64,000 nucleotides of DNA from Candidatus Omnitrophota bacterium. Lineage in GTDB: Bacteria; Omnitrophota; Gorgyraeia; Zapsychrales; Fredricksoniimonadaceae. How positions within the stretch are numbered: the first letter of the stretch is position 1; every line of letters starts with the position of its first letter. The stretch is taken from assembly GCA_963828495.1 (NCBI GenBank), contig CAWHFJ010000017.1:84342-148341 (forward strand), in the 5' to 3' direction. Position numbers and translations under genes: made by a program. This document shows positions 18,922 to 29,880 of this stretch, piece after piece. The notes under the pieces are model-generated. The model saw nothing but the letters and a program-made list of their open reading frames with translations. It was not told the DNA's origin and made no database searches.

Positions 18922-19774
18922 AATTTGTTTTTGTTTAATGGTTTTGGTTTTCAGTCCTCTCGTGTGCCGTGCGGATGAATCCACTGAATCTGCGCCTGCA
19001 TCACAGCAGCTGCAAGGGTTTAATCTCAACGGTTATAACAACACCGGCCAAAAGGCTTGGGATGTTAACGGTACCAAGGCTGATATCTCGGATACCAACG
19101 TTCAAATTACGAATGTGGACGCTAATTTTTACGGTAAGGAAAACACGAATTTAAAATCAGATCACGGCACCATTGACAAGACCAATGGGAATATCCATCT
19201 GCAAGACAATGTCGTTGTCACAGCGGACCGCGGCACTCAAATGACCACGGACACTTTAAATTGGAATCGCGATAAAGATTTGGTCACCACCCAAGACCCG
19301 GTCAAAATTGTGGACCAACAAGGTGTGGTTACAGGCCAGGGATTAAGCGCCCATCCGAACCTAAAAAAAGCGCAGATCAATAAGGATGTGAAAGCCGTTG
19401 TGAAGACTAATCCGGATGAGCCGGCCAATCCCCAGATAGTCACCATCACCTCAGATGGCCCCATGCAAATGGACCAGGTCAAAATGTACGCGGTATTTAA
19501 TGTCCATGTGGTGGCGATAGATCAATCCACCGGCCGCGAACTACACGCGGATAAAATGGAAATATGGTTTGACCAGGCGACTAAACATATCAAAAAAGCC
19601 ATATGCACCGGGCATGTCAAGGCCATTCAGGGCCCCAATGTCAGTTATTCGGATCAAATGATTTATATAGGGGACACTCAAGTTTTGACCATGATAGGCC
19701 GGCCCAAAATTGTTTTCGATACCGGCAGCACCAAGGGCAATGGGATGTTCCAGCCTATCGGTAACGGAAAATAG
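18911..19774 (+). CDS. periplasmic LPS-transport protein; apparent LptC-like and LptA (OstA_N)-like modules in one ORF
   Basis: Signal peptide, then two OstA-like beta-jellyroll-type segments. Sits between kdsC and lptB, where lptC and lptA normally lie. Confidence 0.6.
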   Translation: MNIKICFCLMVLVFSPLVCRADESTESAPASQQLQGFNLNGYNNTGQKAWDVNGTKADISDTNVQITNVDANFYGKENTNLKSDHGTIDKTNGNIHLQDNVVVTADRGTQMTTDTLNWNRDKDLVTTQDPVKIVDQQGVVTGQGLSAHPNLKKAQINKDVKAVVKTNPDEPANPQIVTITSDGPMQMDQVKMYAVFNVHVVAIDQSTGRELHADKMEIWFDQATKHIKKAICTGHVKAIQGPNVSYSDQMIYIGDTQVLTMIGRPKIVFDTGSTKGNGMFQPIGNGK

Positions 19775-19782
19775 GGACGGAC

Positions 19783-20505
19783 ATGCGTTTATTGGAAGCA
19801 AAAAATTTAGTCAAAATTTACGGCGGCCGCCGGGTGGTGGATAACCTGAGCATTACCGTTGGCCGTTCTGAAATTGTGGGACTTTTGGGTCCTAACGGTG
19901 CGGGAAAGACCACCAGTTTTTATATGGTGGTCGGTATCATTACTCCCGAAGAAGGCCAGGTGATTTTCGACCAGGACGATATTACTAAAAAGCCGATCCA
20001 TGAACGTTGCCGTTTGGGAATGGGCTATTTGGCACAGGAAAGCTCGATTTTTCGCAAACTGACTGTTGAGGAAAATATTCTGGCAGTTTTGGAAACCTTG
20101 AATATAGGCCCTATGGAACGCAAACGCCGTTTAGAGTCCCTACTCGAAGAGCTTAATATTTCACATTTGGCCAAATCTAAAGCGTATACGCTCTCCGGAG
20201 GAGAGCGACGCCGCCTGGAAATTACTAGGGCGTTGGTGACCAACCCTTCATTTTTACTTCTGGATGAGCCGTTTTCCGGTATTGATCCGATTGTGGTGGC
20301 CGAAGCCCAGGAAATCATCAAGGACTTGAAGAAAAAAGGGTTGGGGATTTTATTGACCGATCACAATGTGCGTGAGACGCTGTCGATTACCGACCGCGCG
20401 TATTTGGTGGCTGACGGGCGTGTGCTTATTTCCGGGACAGCCCAGGATTTGATCAATGATCCCAAGGCCAAAAAGATTTATCTGGGTGAAAAATTTACCA
20501 TGTAA
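19783..20505 (+). CDS. lptB: LPS export ABC transporter ATP-binding protein
   Basis: GPNGAGKTT, LSGGERRRLEI, LLLDEP. Confidence 0.9.
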   Translation: MRLLEAKNLVKIYGGRRVVDNLSITVGRSEIVGLLGPNGAGKTTSFYMVVGIITPEEGQVIFDQDDITKKPIHERCRLGMGYLAQESSIFRKLTVEENILAVLETLNIGPMERKRRLESLLEELNISHLAKSKAYTLSGGERRRLEITRALVTNPSFLLLDEPFSGIDPIVVAEAQEIIKDLKKKGLGILLTDHNVRETLSITDRAYLVADGRVLISGTAQDLINDPKAKKIYLGEKFTM

Positions 20506-20514
20506 AGGAGTGTC

Positions 20515-21453
20515 ATGAAAGTCGAAGTCAAGAAAATAGATGCGTTAAAACGTGAAATGAAGTTTGAGATCCCCCGCGAGCGGGTCAATCAGGTGATGGA
20601 TTCTGTTTATATCGAGATCGGTAAACATGCCAAGGTCAAAGGTTTTCGTCCGGGCAAAGTTCCCCGTCATATTTTAGTCCAATCCCATGGCCAGCTGGCC
20701 CACGATGAAACGATCAAAAAAATCATCCCCGAAGCTTATCATGAAGGTTTAGACCAACACCAGTTAAACCCTATTGATATGCCGGAAATCACCGACGTGA
20801 ATCTTAAAGACGGCCTATTGACTTTTACAGCCACCTTGGATGTCCGTCCGCAGGTTGAGGTGGGGGCCTATAAAGCCATCCAAGTCACCCGAAAATCAAG
20901 TGAAGTGACCGATGAAGAACTGCAAAAGACCCTGGATTTTTTTAAAAAAGGCCATGGGGGAGATAAAGAAGTCGCCATGGATGATGCTTTTGCCAAAGGC
21001 ATGGGGTTCCCCAGCCTGCAGGAATTTACAACAGCGCTTAAGCGTCAACTGGCATTTGACAAGGACCGCAACAACCGCATGGATGTAGAAAATCAAATTG
21101 TAGAAAATCTGCTTAAAAATGCTAAACTAATAGTTCCTCAATCCTTAGTCAAGCGTCAACTGCATTATCGCTTAAATGAGGCTTTGCACCGTCTTAAAAC
21201 TCAAGGGTTAAATGAAGAACAACTTAAAAAGAAAGAAGAAGAGTTACAAAAACAGCTGGAGCCTTTGGTAGAGAATGAAGTTAAGATCTATTTGATTTTG
21301 GAAGAAATCGGCAAGCTTGAGAATATACACCCCACCGACAATAAGGAAAGCGTGGGAAGTAAGGTGATGGCATTCTTACTTAAAGAAGCGACCTGGAAAG
21401 ACCAGGAAGGCCGCATTTCTAATACAGACACTAAGGAAGCGGCACAAATCTAG
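20515..21453 (+). CDS. tig: trigger factor, short form lacking the FKBP/PPIase domain
   Basis: The N-domain signature GFRPGKVP is present. The sequence goes from ...[15 protein letters not shown] directly into the C-terminal arm region. 312 aa; upstream of clpP. Confidence 0.8.
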   Translation: MKVEVKKIDALKREMKFEIPRERVNQVMDSVYIEIGKHAKVKGFRPGKVPRHILVQSHGQLAHDETIKKIIPEAYHEGLDQHQLNPIDMPEITDVNLKDGLLTFTATLDVRPQVEVGAYKAIQVTRKSSEVTDEELQKTLDFFKKGHGGDKEVAMDDAFAKGMGFPSLQEFTTALKRQLAFDKDRNNRMDVENQIVENLLKNAKLIVPQSLVKRQLHYRLNEALHRLKTQGLNEEQLKKKEEELQKQLEPLVENEVKIYLILEEIGKLENIHPTDNKESVGSKVMAFLLKEATWKDQEGRISNTDTKEAAQI

Positions 21454-21491
21454 TATTATTTGGAATAGCATTTCGATGGGAGGAGAATAAC

Positions 21492-22100
21492 ATGTCTAAC
21501 GCACAAATATTAGTCCCGATGGTCGTCGAAAAAACCAGTCATGGCGAACGCTCTTATGATATTTACTCCAGGCTTTTAAAAGAACGTATCGTTTTTTTGG
21601 GCATGGGTATCGATGATCATGTCGCCAATGTGGTAATCGCCCAACTTTTATTTTTACAATCTGAAGACAAAGAGAAGGACATCTTTTTGTATATCAACTC
21701 TCCGGGGGGTTCTGTGACCGCGGGGTTAGCGATTTATGATACGATCCAATATGTGAAACCGGATGTGGTCACCTGTTGTGTCGGTCAGGCCGCCAGTATG
21801 GGGGCTGTGTTGTTGACCGCCGGCGCCAAAGGCAAACGTTATGCGTTACCCAACGCACGCATCATGATCCATCAGCCTTGGGGAGGCGCACAGGGTACGG
21901 CCAGTGATATTTCCATACAGGCCGAGGAAATTTTACGGATGAAAGACGCAGTAAATAAAATTTTAGCCAATCACACAAATCAAGCATTGGAAAAAATAGT
22001 CAAAGACACCGACCGCGACTTCTTTATGTCCGCCCAAGAGGCGAAAGACTATGGTTTAGTCGACGGTGTCATCGCTCATTTCGGAGAAACTATAAAATGA
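21492..22100 (+). CDS. clpP: ATP-dependent Clp protease proteolytic subunit
   Basis: ERIVFLG...INSPGGSV...GQAASMG...MIHQP. Confidence 0.95.
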   Translation: MSNAQILVPMVVEKTSHGERSYDIYSRLLKERIVFLGMGIDDHVANVVIAQLLFLQSEDKEKDIFLYINSPGGSVTAGLAIYDTIQYVKPDVVTCCVGQAASMGAVLLTAGAKGKRYALPNARIMIHQPWGGAQGTASDISIQAEEILRMKDAVNKILANHTNQALEKIVKDTDRDFFMSAQEAKDYGLVDGVIAHFGETIK

Positions 22101-22148
22101 TTCTGACGCAATGTCAGAATCATCCTGAGCCTATAAGCGAAGGATCTT
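22098..22148 (+). repeat. intergenic hairpin-repeat element, copy 1 (starts at the clpP stop codon)
   Basis: TGA-TTCTGAC-GCAAT-GTCAGAA-T-CATCCTGAGCC-TATAA-GCGAAGGATCT. Confidence 0.6.
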
Positions 22149-22167
22149 ATACAGAAAGGTTAGAAAA

Positions 22168-23311
22168 ATGAAACGCAATTTGTTGTTAACTCCCGGCCCA
22201 ACTCAAGTACCTGCCAATCTGTGCGCGGCTTTAGGTAAGCCTATCATCCATCACCGCACGCCGCAATTTCAAAACAATATCAAACAGGTAGTGGAAGGTT
22301 TAAAAGATATCTTTCAGACTACCAATGACATTTATATTTTAACCTCTTCAGGTTCCGGCGGCATGGAAGCGGCCGTATCAAACCTGCTTTCCCCCAATGA
22401 TAAGGCCATTGCGGTCGATGGCGGAAAATTCGGCGAGCGCTGGGTGGAACTTTGCCAAACCTTTAAGGCTAATACGATTGTGTATAAGGTGGAATGGGGC
22501 AAAGCTCCCACTGCGGCAGAGATTAAATCGTTATTAAATGCCCATCCTGACACCAAGGCAGTATTTATCACCTTGGCAGAAACCTCGACAGGCGTGACTC
22601 CTGATGTCAAAGCTATCGGAGAGGTTGTTAAAAACACCCAGGCTGTTTTAGTGGTCGACGCGGTGTCGGGTCTGGCTGTTCAGGAAATTAAAACCGACGA
22701 GTGGCACTGCGATGTGGTGGTATCCGCCTCCCATAAGGGCCTGATGCTGCCGCCGGGCTTAAGTTTTGTCAGCGCCTCACCCAAAGCCATTGATTTGATC
22801 AATAAAAGCACAAACCCGCGTTACTATTTTGATTTGCGCGAATCCAAAAAGGCCATGGAAAAAATTGACACTCCTTTTACGCCGGCCATTGGCGTCCTTA
22901 TCGCTTTGGTGGACTCGCATCGAGATGATTAAAAAAGAGGGTCTTACCAATATGTTTGCCCGTTACGCGCTTTTAGCCCGTGCGGTACGTGCCGGCTGCA
23001 AGGCCATCGGCCTGGAATTATTTCCTGACCTTAGCTGTGCAACCAATGTGCTGACGGCCGTTAAGGTGCCTGCTAACATCGACGGAGAAAAGTTGACTAA
23101 AACCATGCGCGATACCTATGGCATTACTTTTGCCGGCGGACAAGACCTCCTTAAAGGTAAAGTCATCCGCATGGCGCATATGGGGGCCCTGGATGAATAT
23201 GATATTCTTACAGGACTGGCTTGCTTAGAAAAAGTCTTGCATCAAATGGGGCATAAATTTGAACTGGGCAGCGCATTAAGTGCCGCTCAAAAAGTTCTCA
23301 ACACAAATTGA
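22168..23311 (+). CDS. class V aminotransferase (serine-pyruvate / phosphoserine aminotransferase-like); one frame break near 22918
   Basis: LLTPGPTQVP...SHKGLMLPPG, then ...TPAIGVLIALVDS (frame 1) continues as IEMIKKEGL... (frame 2). Adjacent to serA. Confidence 0.75.
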
Positions 23312-23361
23312 CATCCGACGTAATGTCGGATGTCATCCTGAGCCAACTGGCGAAGGATCTC
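23309..23361 (+). repeat. intergenic hairpin-repeat element, copy 2 (starts at the aminotransferase stop codon)
   Basis: TGA-CATCCGAC-GTAAT-GTCGGATG-T-CATCCTGAGCC-AACTG-GCGAAGGATCT. Confidence 0.6.
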
Positions 23362-23379
23362 AATTAAAGGATTATAAAT

Positions 23380-24966
23380 ATGTTTAAGATTTTAGTTAGC
23401 GATAAATTGGAAAAAGAAGGCCTTGATATTTTAACGGCCGACGGCAACTTTACGGTCGATTGTAAATTCGGCATACCGCCGGATGAGTTAAAAAAAATCA
23501 TCAAGGATTATGATGCTTTAATCGTACGTTCCGGCACCCAGGTCACGGCAGAGATTATAGAGGCCGCGGATAAATTAAAAGTGATCGGACGCGCCGGGGT
23601 GGGGTTGGATAATGTGGATTTAATGGCCGCTACCCAAAAGGGGATTGTGGCCATGAACACCCCTGCGGGTAATACCACCTCTACCGCCGAGCATACCATG
23701 AGTATGATTATGGCCCTTTCACGCAATATCCCCCAGGCGGTTGCTTCCCTGAAATCCGGTAAGTGGGAGCGCTCCAAATTCACAGGGATTGAACTGCACG
23801 GCAAAATATTGGGCATTGTGGGTTTAGGCCGCATCGGTTCGACGGTCGCCAAGATGGCCCAGGCTTTCGGCATGGTCACTATCGGTTATGATCCTTATTT
23901 GTCCCTTGAAATTGCTGCTAAAAACGGTATCAAAATGGTTGAACTCAATGAAATTTATAAAACCGCGGATTATATCACGGTGCATATCCCGAAAACGGAT
24001 GAAACCACGCATATGATCTCCGCAGAACAAATAGCCTTGATGAAAAAAACGGTGAGGATCATCAATTGCGCCAGAGGCGGTATCGTCGACGAAGCCGCTT
24101 TGATTAAAGCTTTGCAGGAAAAACGTATTGCCGGTGCCGCTTTAGATGTTTATGAAACTGAACCGCCGGATTTTCAATCCCCATTGCTTAAATTAGATAA
24201 TTGTGTAGTGACACCGCATTTAGGGGCGTCCACCTCAGAGGCCCAGCTTAATGTGGCCATTGAAATTGCCAACGCCGTTAAAGATGCTTTGTCAGGTGCC
24301 GGCATACGCAATGCCGCCAATTTCCCGTCCTTGTCCGCCGAAGCTTTTAAAGCCATTGAACCGTACTTAAGTTTAGGGGAAAGTATGGGTAAATTTGCCG
24401 GCCAATTGGTACAGGGACGTATCCGGGAAGTGGTTATTACCTACAGCGGGGCCGTGGCCAAAGAGAAAGTGACGGCTGTAACCATGGCTTTAGCCAAAGG
24501 CATTTTGACACCGATATTAGAGGAAGGTGTAAATACTATTAATGCCTTGAATATGATGAAGGAACGCGGCATTAATATTAAAGAAATCATCTCCAGTGAG
24601 GAAGGCGAATATGTCAACGCGATTGCTTTGGATATAGCCACTGAAAAAGAACCCTTTTCTTTATTAGGGACTTTATCCAGCAATAAACAGCCGCGCATCG
24701 TTAAAATCAACAACGTTTATGTCGAAGCTTCACCTTCCGGGCATATGTTGTTTATCAATAATAATGATAAGCCCGGTATTGTGGGAGCTGTCGGTACGAT
24801 TTTGGCCTCGGCAAATATCAATATCGCCGGTATTACGTTAGGCCGCGAAAATGAGCAGAGAGTGGCGGTAAGTGTCGTTAATGTAGACAGCGAAATTCCT
24901 GAATCGGTCATTGAGAAATTACGCAAAACCAAGAATATTCTTTTTGTCAAAGCTATTAAAGTATAG
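23380..24966 (+). CDS. serA: D-3-phosphoglycerate dehydrogenase (long form with ACT domain)
   Basis: GLGRIGSTVA NAD-binding motif and a C-terminal ACT-like segment; 528 aa. Confidence 0.9.
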   Translation: MFKILVSDKLEKEGLDILTADGNFTVDCKFGIPPDELKKIIKDYDALIVRSGTQVTAEIIEAADKLKVIGRAGVGLDNVDLMAATQKGIVAMNTPAGNTTSTAEHTMSMIMALSRNIPQAVASLKSGKWERSKFTGIELHGKILGIVGLGRIGSTVAKMAQAFGMVTIGYDPYLSLEIAAKNGIKMVELNEIYKTADYITVHIPKTDETTHMISAEQIALMKKTVRIINCARGGIVDEAALIKALQEKRIAGAALDVYETEPPDFQSPLLKLDNCVVTPHLGASTSEAQLNVAIEIANAVKDALSGAGIRNAANFPSLSAEAFKAIEPYLSLGESMGKFAGQLVQGRIREVVITYSGAVAKEKVTAVTMALAKGILTPILEEGVNTINALNMMKERGINIKEIISSEEGEYVNAIALDIATEKEPFSLLGTLSSNKQPRIVKINNVYVEASPSGHMLFINNNDKPGIVGAVGTILASANINIAGITLGRENEQRVAVSVVNVDSEIPESVIEKLRKTKNILFVKAIKV

Positions 24967-24996
24967 CCCCTCAGGAGGGGCCAGATAGGTGGCTAG

Positions 24997-26930
<1,934 letters not shown>

Positions 26931-26944
26931 GGATGATTCATTGC

Positions 26945-26973
26945 TTGACTTTCATAAATGCCTGTGATAATTT
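26945..26973 (+). promoter_or_regulatory. possible sigma70-like promoter (TTGACT-17-TAATTT)
   Basis: Hexamers at 26945-26950 and 26968-26973 in the purA-ompA intergenic region. Confidence 0.35.
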
Positions 26974-26983
26974 GAGTTGTATA

Positions 26984-27087
26984 AGGAATTATTTTAAAAA
27001 GTAATATATATATGGAAGGCCGCCTCTCTAAGTTAAGGAAGCGGCACAAATCTAGGATTTATTTTAAAAAGTAATAATTATGGAAGG
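26984..27087 (+). repeat. 70-nt tandem duplication in the purA-ompA intergenic region
   Basis: AGGAATTATTTTAAAAAGTAATATATATATGGAAGG (26984-27019) versus AGGATTTATTTTAAAAAGTAATAATTATGGAAGG (27054-27087). Confidence 0.55.
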
Positions 27088-27095
27088 AGTCTGTA

Positions 27096-27734
27096 ATGCG
27101 TCCGAATAAAGTAGTTTTAATGAACATCACTTTAATCCTGATACTGGCTTTAGGGCTTTCCGGCTGTACGATTATTTTTCAAAAAGGCCGCCGTACAGAC
27201 ATTGAAAAAATTTCTAAATTAAAAAATGATATGAATGAGCTGCAGCGTGCCAAGGAGGAATTAGAAAAACGCCTCCAGGACGATATTAACAATAAACAGG
27301 TCAAAGTAGAAATGCAGTCAAAAGGGTTGGTCATTACCTTCGTATCGGAAGTTTTATTTGATTCCGGACGTGCCAAACTGCGTCCAGAATCCTTATCAAA
27401 ATTAGATAAAGTCGCCGGGGTGTTAAATACCACGGTCTCTGATTTAAACGTGGGTATTGAAGGTCATACGGATAACAGGCCGATTAAGAAATCCGGATGG
27501 AAATCTAATTGGGAATTGTCCACTGCCCGGGCGTTGTCTGTTTTGCATTATTTAAGCGAGAAAAACGTGGCTGAACCGCGATTGGCCGCCATCGGTTATG
27601 GGGAATATAAGCCTGTCGGTTCTAACGATACTAAAGAAGGACGTCAGAAAAACCGTCGGGTCGAAATCGTCATTCTGCCTAAAATCGAAAAAACCGGTAC
27701 GGATGCCTCTGCTAATCAACCGGAAACTAATTAA
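27096..27734 (+). CDS. OmpA/MotB-domain lipoprotein
   Basis: Lipobox LGLSGC, and an OmpA-like C-terminus (GHTDNRPI...NWELSTARA...NRRVEIVI). Confidence 0.8.
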   Translation: MRPNKVVLMNITLILILALGLSGCTIIFQKGRRTDIEKISKLKNDMNELQRAKEELEKRLQDDINNKQVKVEMQSKGLVITFVSEVLFDSGRAKLRPESLSKLDKVAGVLNTTVSDLNVGIEGHTDNRPIKKSGWKSNWELSTARALSVLHYLSEKNVAEPRLAAIGYGEYKPVGSNDTKEGRQKNRRVEIVILPKIEKTGTDASANQPETN

Positions 27735-27749
27735 GTTCAAGGATAGCTG

Positions 27750-28223
27750 ATGAGAGACATTATCTTAGTTATAGTTTTGTTAATCATGGTCGGTTTGTCC
27801 GTCTTGGTGGTGCGTTTCGGCGAAAAAGCTAATAAGGCTTCTAAAAACTTGGAAGAGGAACGCTATAGCCGTATGGTAGCTGAAGAAACCTTACAAAAGA
27901 ATGCCGCTAAATTGACCATCCTTTTCTCACAACTCAAAGAAGAACAAGACAAAATGGCTAAAATCGAGGACATCCTCGACCAGGAAAAAAACGAGAATGC
28001 GGATTTAAAGAAACAATATGACGCATTAGCCCAATCTAAGGCTGATCTTGAAGATAAATTGCGGTCTGCGCTTCAAGAGAAAACAAAGATAGCGGCACAG
28101 ATGCAGGCAGCCCAACAGTCACAACCTGCGGTCGCTAAAGTTGCGGCTGCGGTCGCTCAAGGCGCTGCGGGTGGCCCGTCGTCTGCCGTTGCGGGGGCCC
28201 AACCTGCCGCTGCGGGGCATTGA
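27750..28223 (+). CDS. membrane-anchored coiled-coil protein
   Basis: One N-terminal TM, a heptad-rich middle, and an Ala/Gln-rich tail. A terminator follows. Confidence 0.5.
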   Translation: MRDIILVIVLLIMVGLSVLVVRFGEKANKASKNLEEERYSRMVAEETLQKNAAKLTILFSQLKEEQDKMAKIEDILDQEKNENADLKKQYDALAQSKADLEDKLRSALQEKTKIAAQMQAAQQSQPAVAKVAAAVAQGAAGGPSSAVAGAQPAAAGH

Positions 28224-28275
28224 CCATGGGTAAGTAATTGTAAGCGTTTTGCGTTTGAGATTAAGGATTTTGACG

Positions 28276-28305
28276 ATGGGGGATTTAATATCCCCCATTT
28301 TATTT
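28276..28305 (+). terminator. rho-independent terminator
   Basis: ATGGGGGAT-TTAAT-ATCCCCCAT followed by TTTTATTT. Confidence 0.7.
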
Positions 28306-28319
28306 GGGAGTTTCCCATT

Positions 28320-29040
28320 ATGGAAAAAAATCAACTTCCCCGTCATGTAGCCATTATTATGGATGGTAATGGTCGTTGGGCCCGTGCCCGTGGATTAAGC
28401 CGTACGCAAGGCCACATGGAAGGGGTCAAACGGGTGGAAGAAATCATCAAAACCGCCCATGCCTTGGGGATAGAATTTTTGACCGTCTATGCTTTTTCGA
28501 CAGAAAATTGGAACAGGCCTTCTGACGAAGTGTCCATGATTATGCGTACATTCATCGCTGTTTTGGGACAAAAAGCCAAAGAACTGGGGGACAATGGTAT
28601 TCGCATTAATTTTATCGGACGCCGTTACGGCAGTACCTGCCGAAGTTCTAAAAGCCATGGATGAGGCTGCGCGTTTAACGATGGCCAATAAAACCATGAC
28701 ACTGAATATCGCATTTAATTATGGAGCGCGCGCAGAGATAGTGGATGCCGTTAAATCCATTGTTGTCAAGGCCCATGAAGGCAAAATAAAAGCCGATGCT
28801 ATTGATGAAGAGACAATCAGCTCCCATCTATATACTCAAGGCCAGCCGGACCCTGATTTTTTGATCCGTACCTCGGGTGAAGAACGAATCAGCAATTTTT
28901 TATTATGGCAGCTTTCTTACGCGGAGCTGTATTTTACAGATAAGTATTGGCCGGAATTTACCGAAGACCAGTTCCACAAAGCTTTGAGTACCTATGCCCA
29001 AAGAGAACGCCGTTGGGGCGCTGTTAAGGTTACAGGATAA
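28320..29040 (+). CDS. uppS: undecaprenyl-diphosphate synthase; one frame break near 28620-28636
   Basis: HVAIIMDGNGRWA...YAFSTENW (frame 3) continues as ...PAEVLKAMDEAARLT...LNIAFNYGAR...IRTSGEERISNFLLWQ (frame 1). Confidence 0.85.
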
Positions 29041-29046
29041 ATTTTT

Positions 29047-29880
29047 ATGTCTTGGCAGAGGTTTTTGTCATCCGTATTTATGATCACTCATAATAGCTGC
29101 GGCTATATTCAATAATATTCTGTTTATAGCGGTCGTGGTCCTTTTAACAGCCGGCGGCCTTTATGAATTCTTTTATATGGTGCGAAAGAAAGAAGTTCCA
29201 ATTTATATCTTACACTGGTATTCTGATAGGCGTTTTGATCCCTATTTCTATTTTTACCCATTTTGAACCGACTAAAAATTGGGAATTGTTATTTATTGTC
29301 ATAGGATTTCTTCTCATTTTATTCATGCAGTTCGCGCGTCGTGACAATCGTCACGCTATTTTAGGTTTATCAACGACACTGTTTGGAGTTTTGTATGTGG
29401 CGTGGTTCTTTCAGCTTTTTAGTCAAGATCCGTTTCATGCTTCCAGGCATAGACGGAATTAAGTTAGTGGGATTTATTCTTTTGGTGACCAAAAGTGCTG
29501 ATATTGGGGCATTACTGATAGGCAGCAGTTTCGGTAAACGTAAACATCCGCTTTTACCCAAAGTGAGCCCTAATAAATCCGTAGAAGGGACGGTCGGGGC
29601 CGTATTGTTGTCCGCATGCACGGCATTGGTTTTTCGTTCTTTTCTGCCGGCCGAATTGCATTTTCCCCTTTGGCAAATATTTTTCATAGGGGCCTTTTTC
29701 GGCGGCTTAGGACAACTGGGTGATTTGTCAGAATCTTTGATCAAGCGTGATTGCGGCGTCAAAGATTCCGGAAAATTTTTACCCGGAATGGGTGGGGTCT
29801 TGGATATTATTGACAGTTTGCTGTTCTCAGCACCTGCGTTTTATTTATACATAAGTTCGACACTGAAGACATTGCAATAA
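29047..29880 (+). CDS. cdsA: phosphatidate cytidylyltransferase; three frame breaks
   Basis: Frame 1 (MSWQRFLSSVFMI) continues in frame 2 (LIIAAAIFNN...LYEFFYMVRKKEVPIYI), then frame 3 (YTGILIGVLIPISIF...VLYVAWFF), then frame 1 (SFLVKIRF...TKSADIGALLIGSSFGKRK...SPNKSVEG). Confidence 0.75.

Noticed and set aside
24965-24985. GCCCCT-CAGG-AGGGGC hairpin right after serA as a terminator
   Set aside because: The stem is only 6 bp and no U-tract follows, and the next gene starts 12 nt later. The evidence is too weak for a call.
29370-29762. 130-aa minus-strand ORF opposite cdsA
   Set aside because: The + strand encodes recognisable CdsA motifs (SPNKSVEG and others) across this span. The antisense ORF has no features of a real gene.
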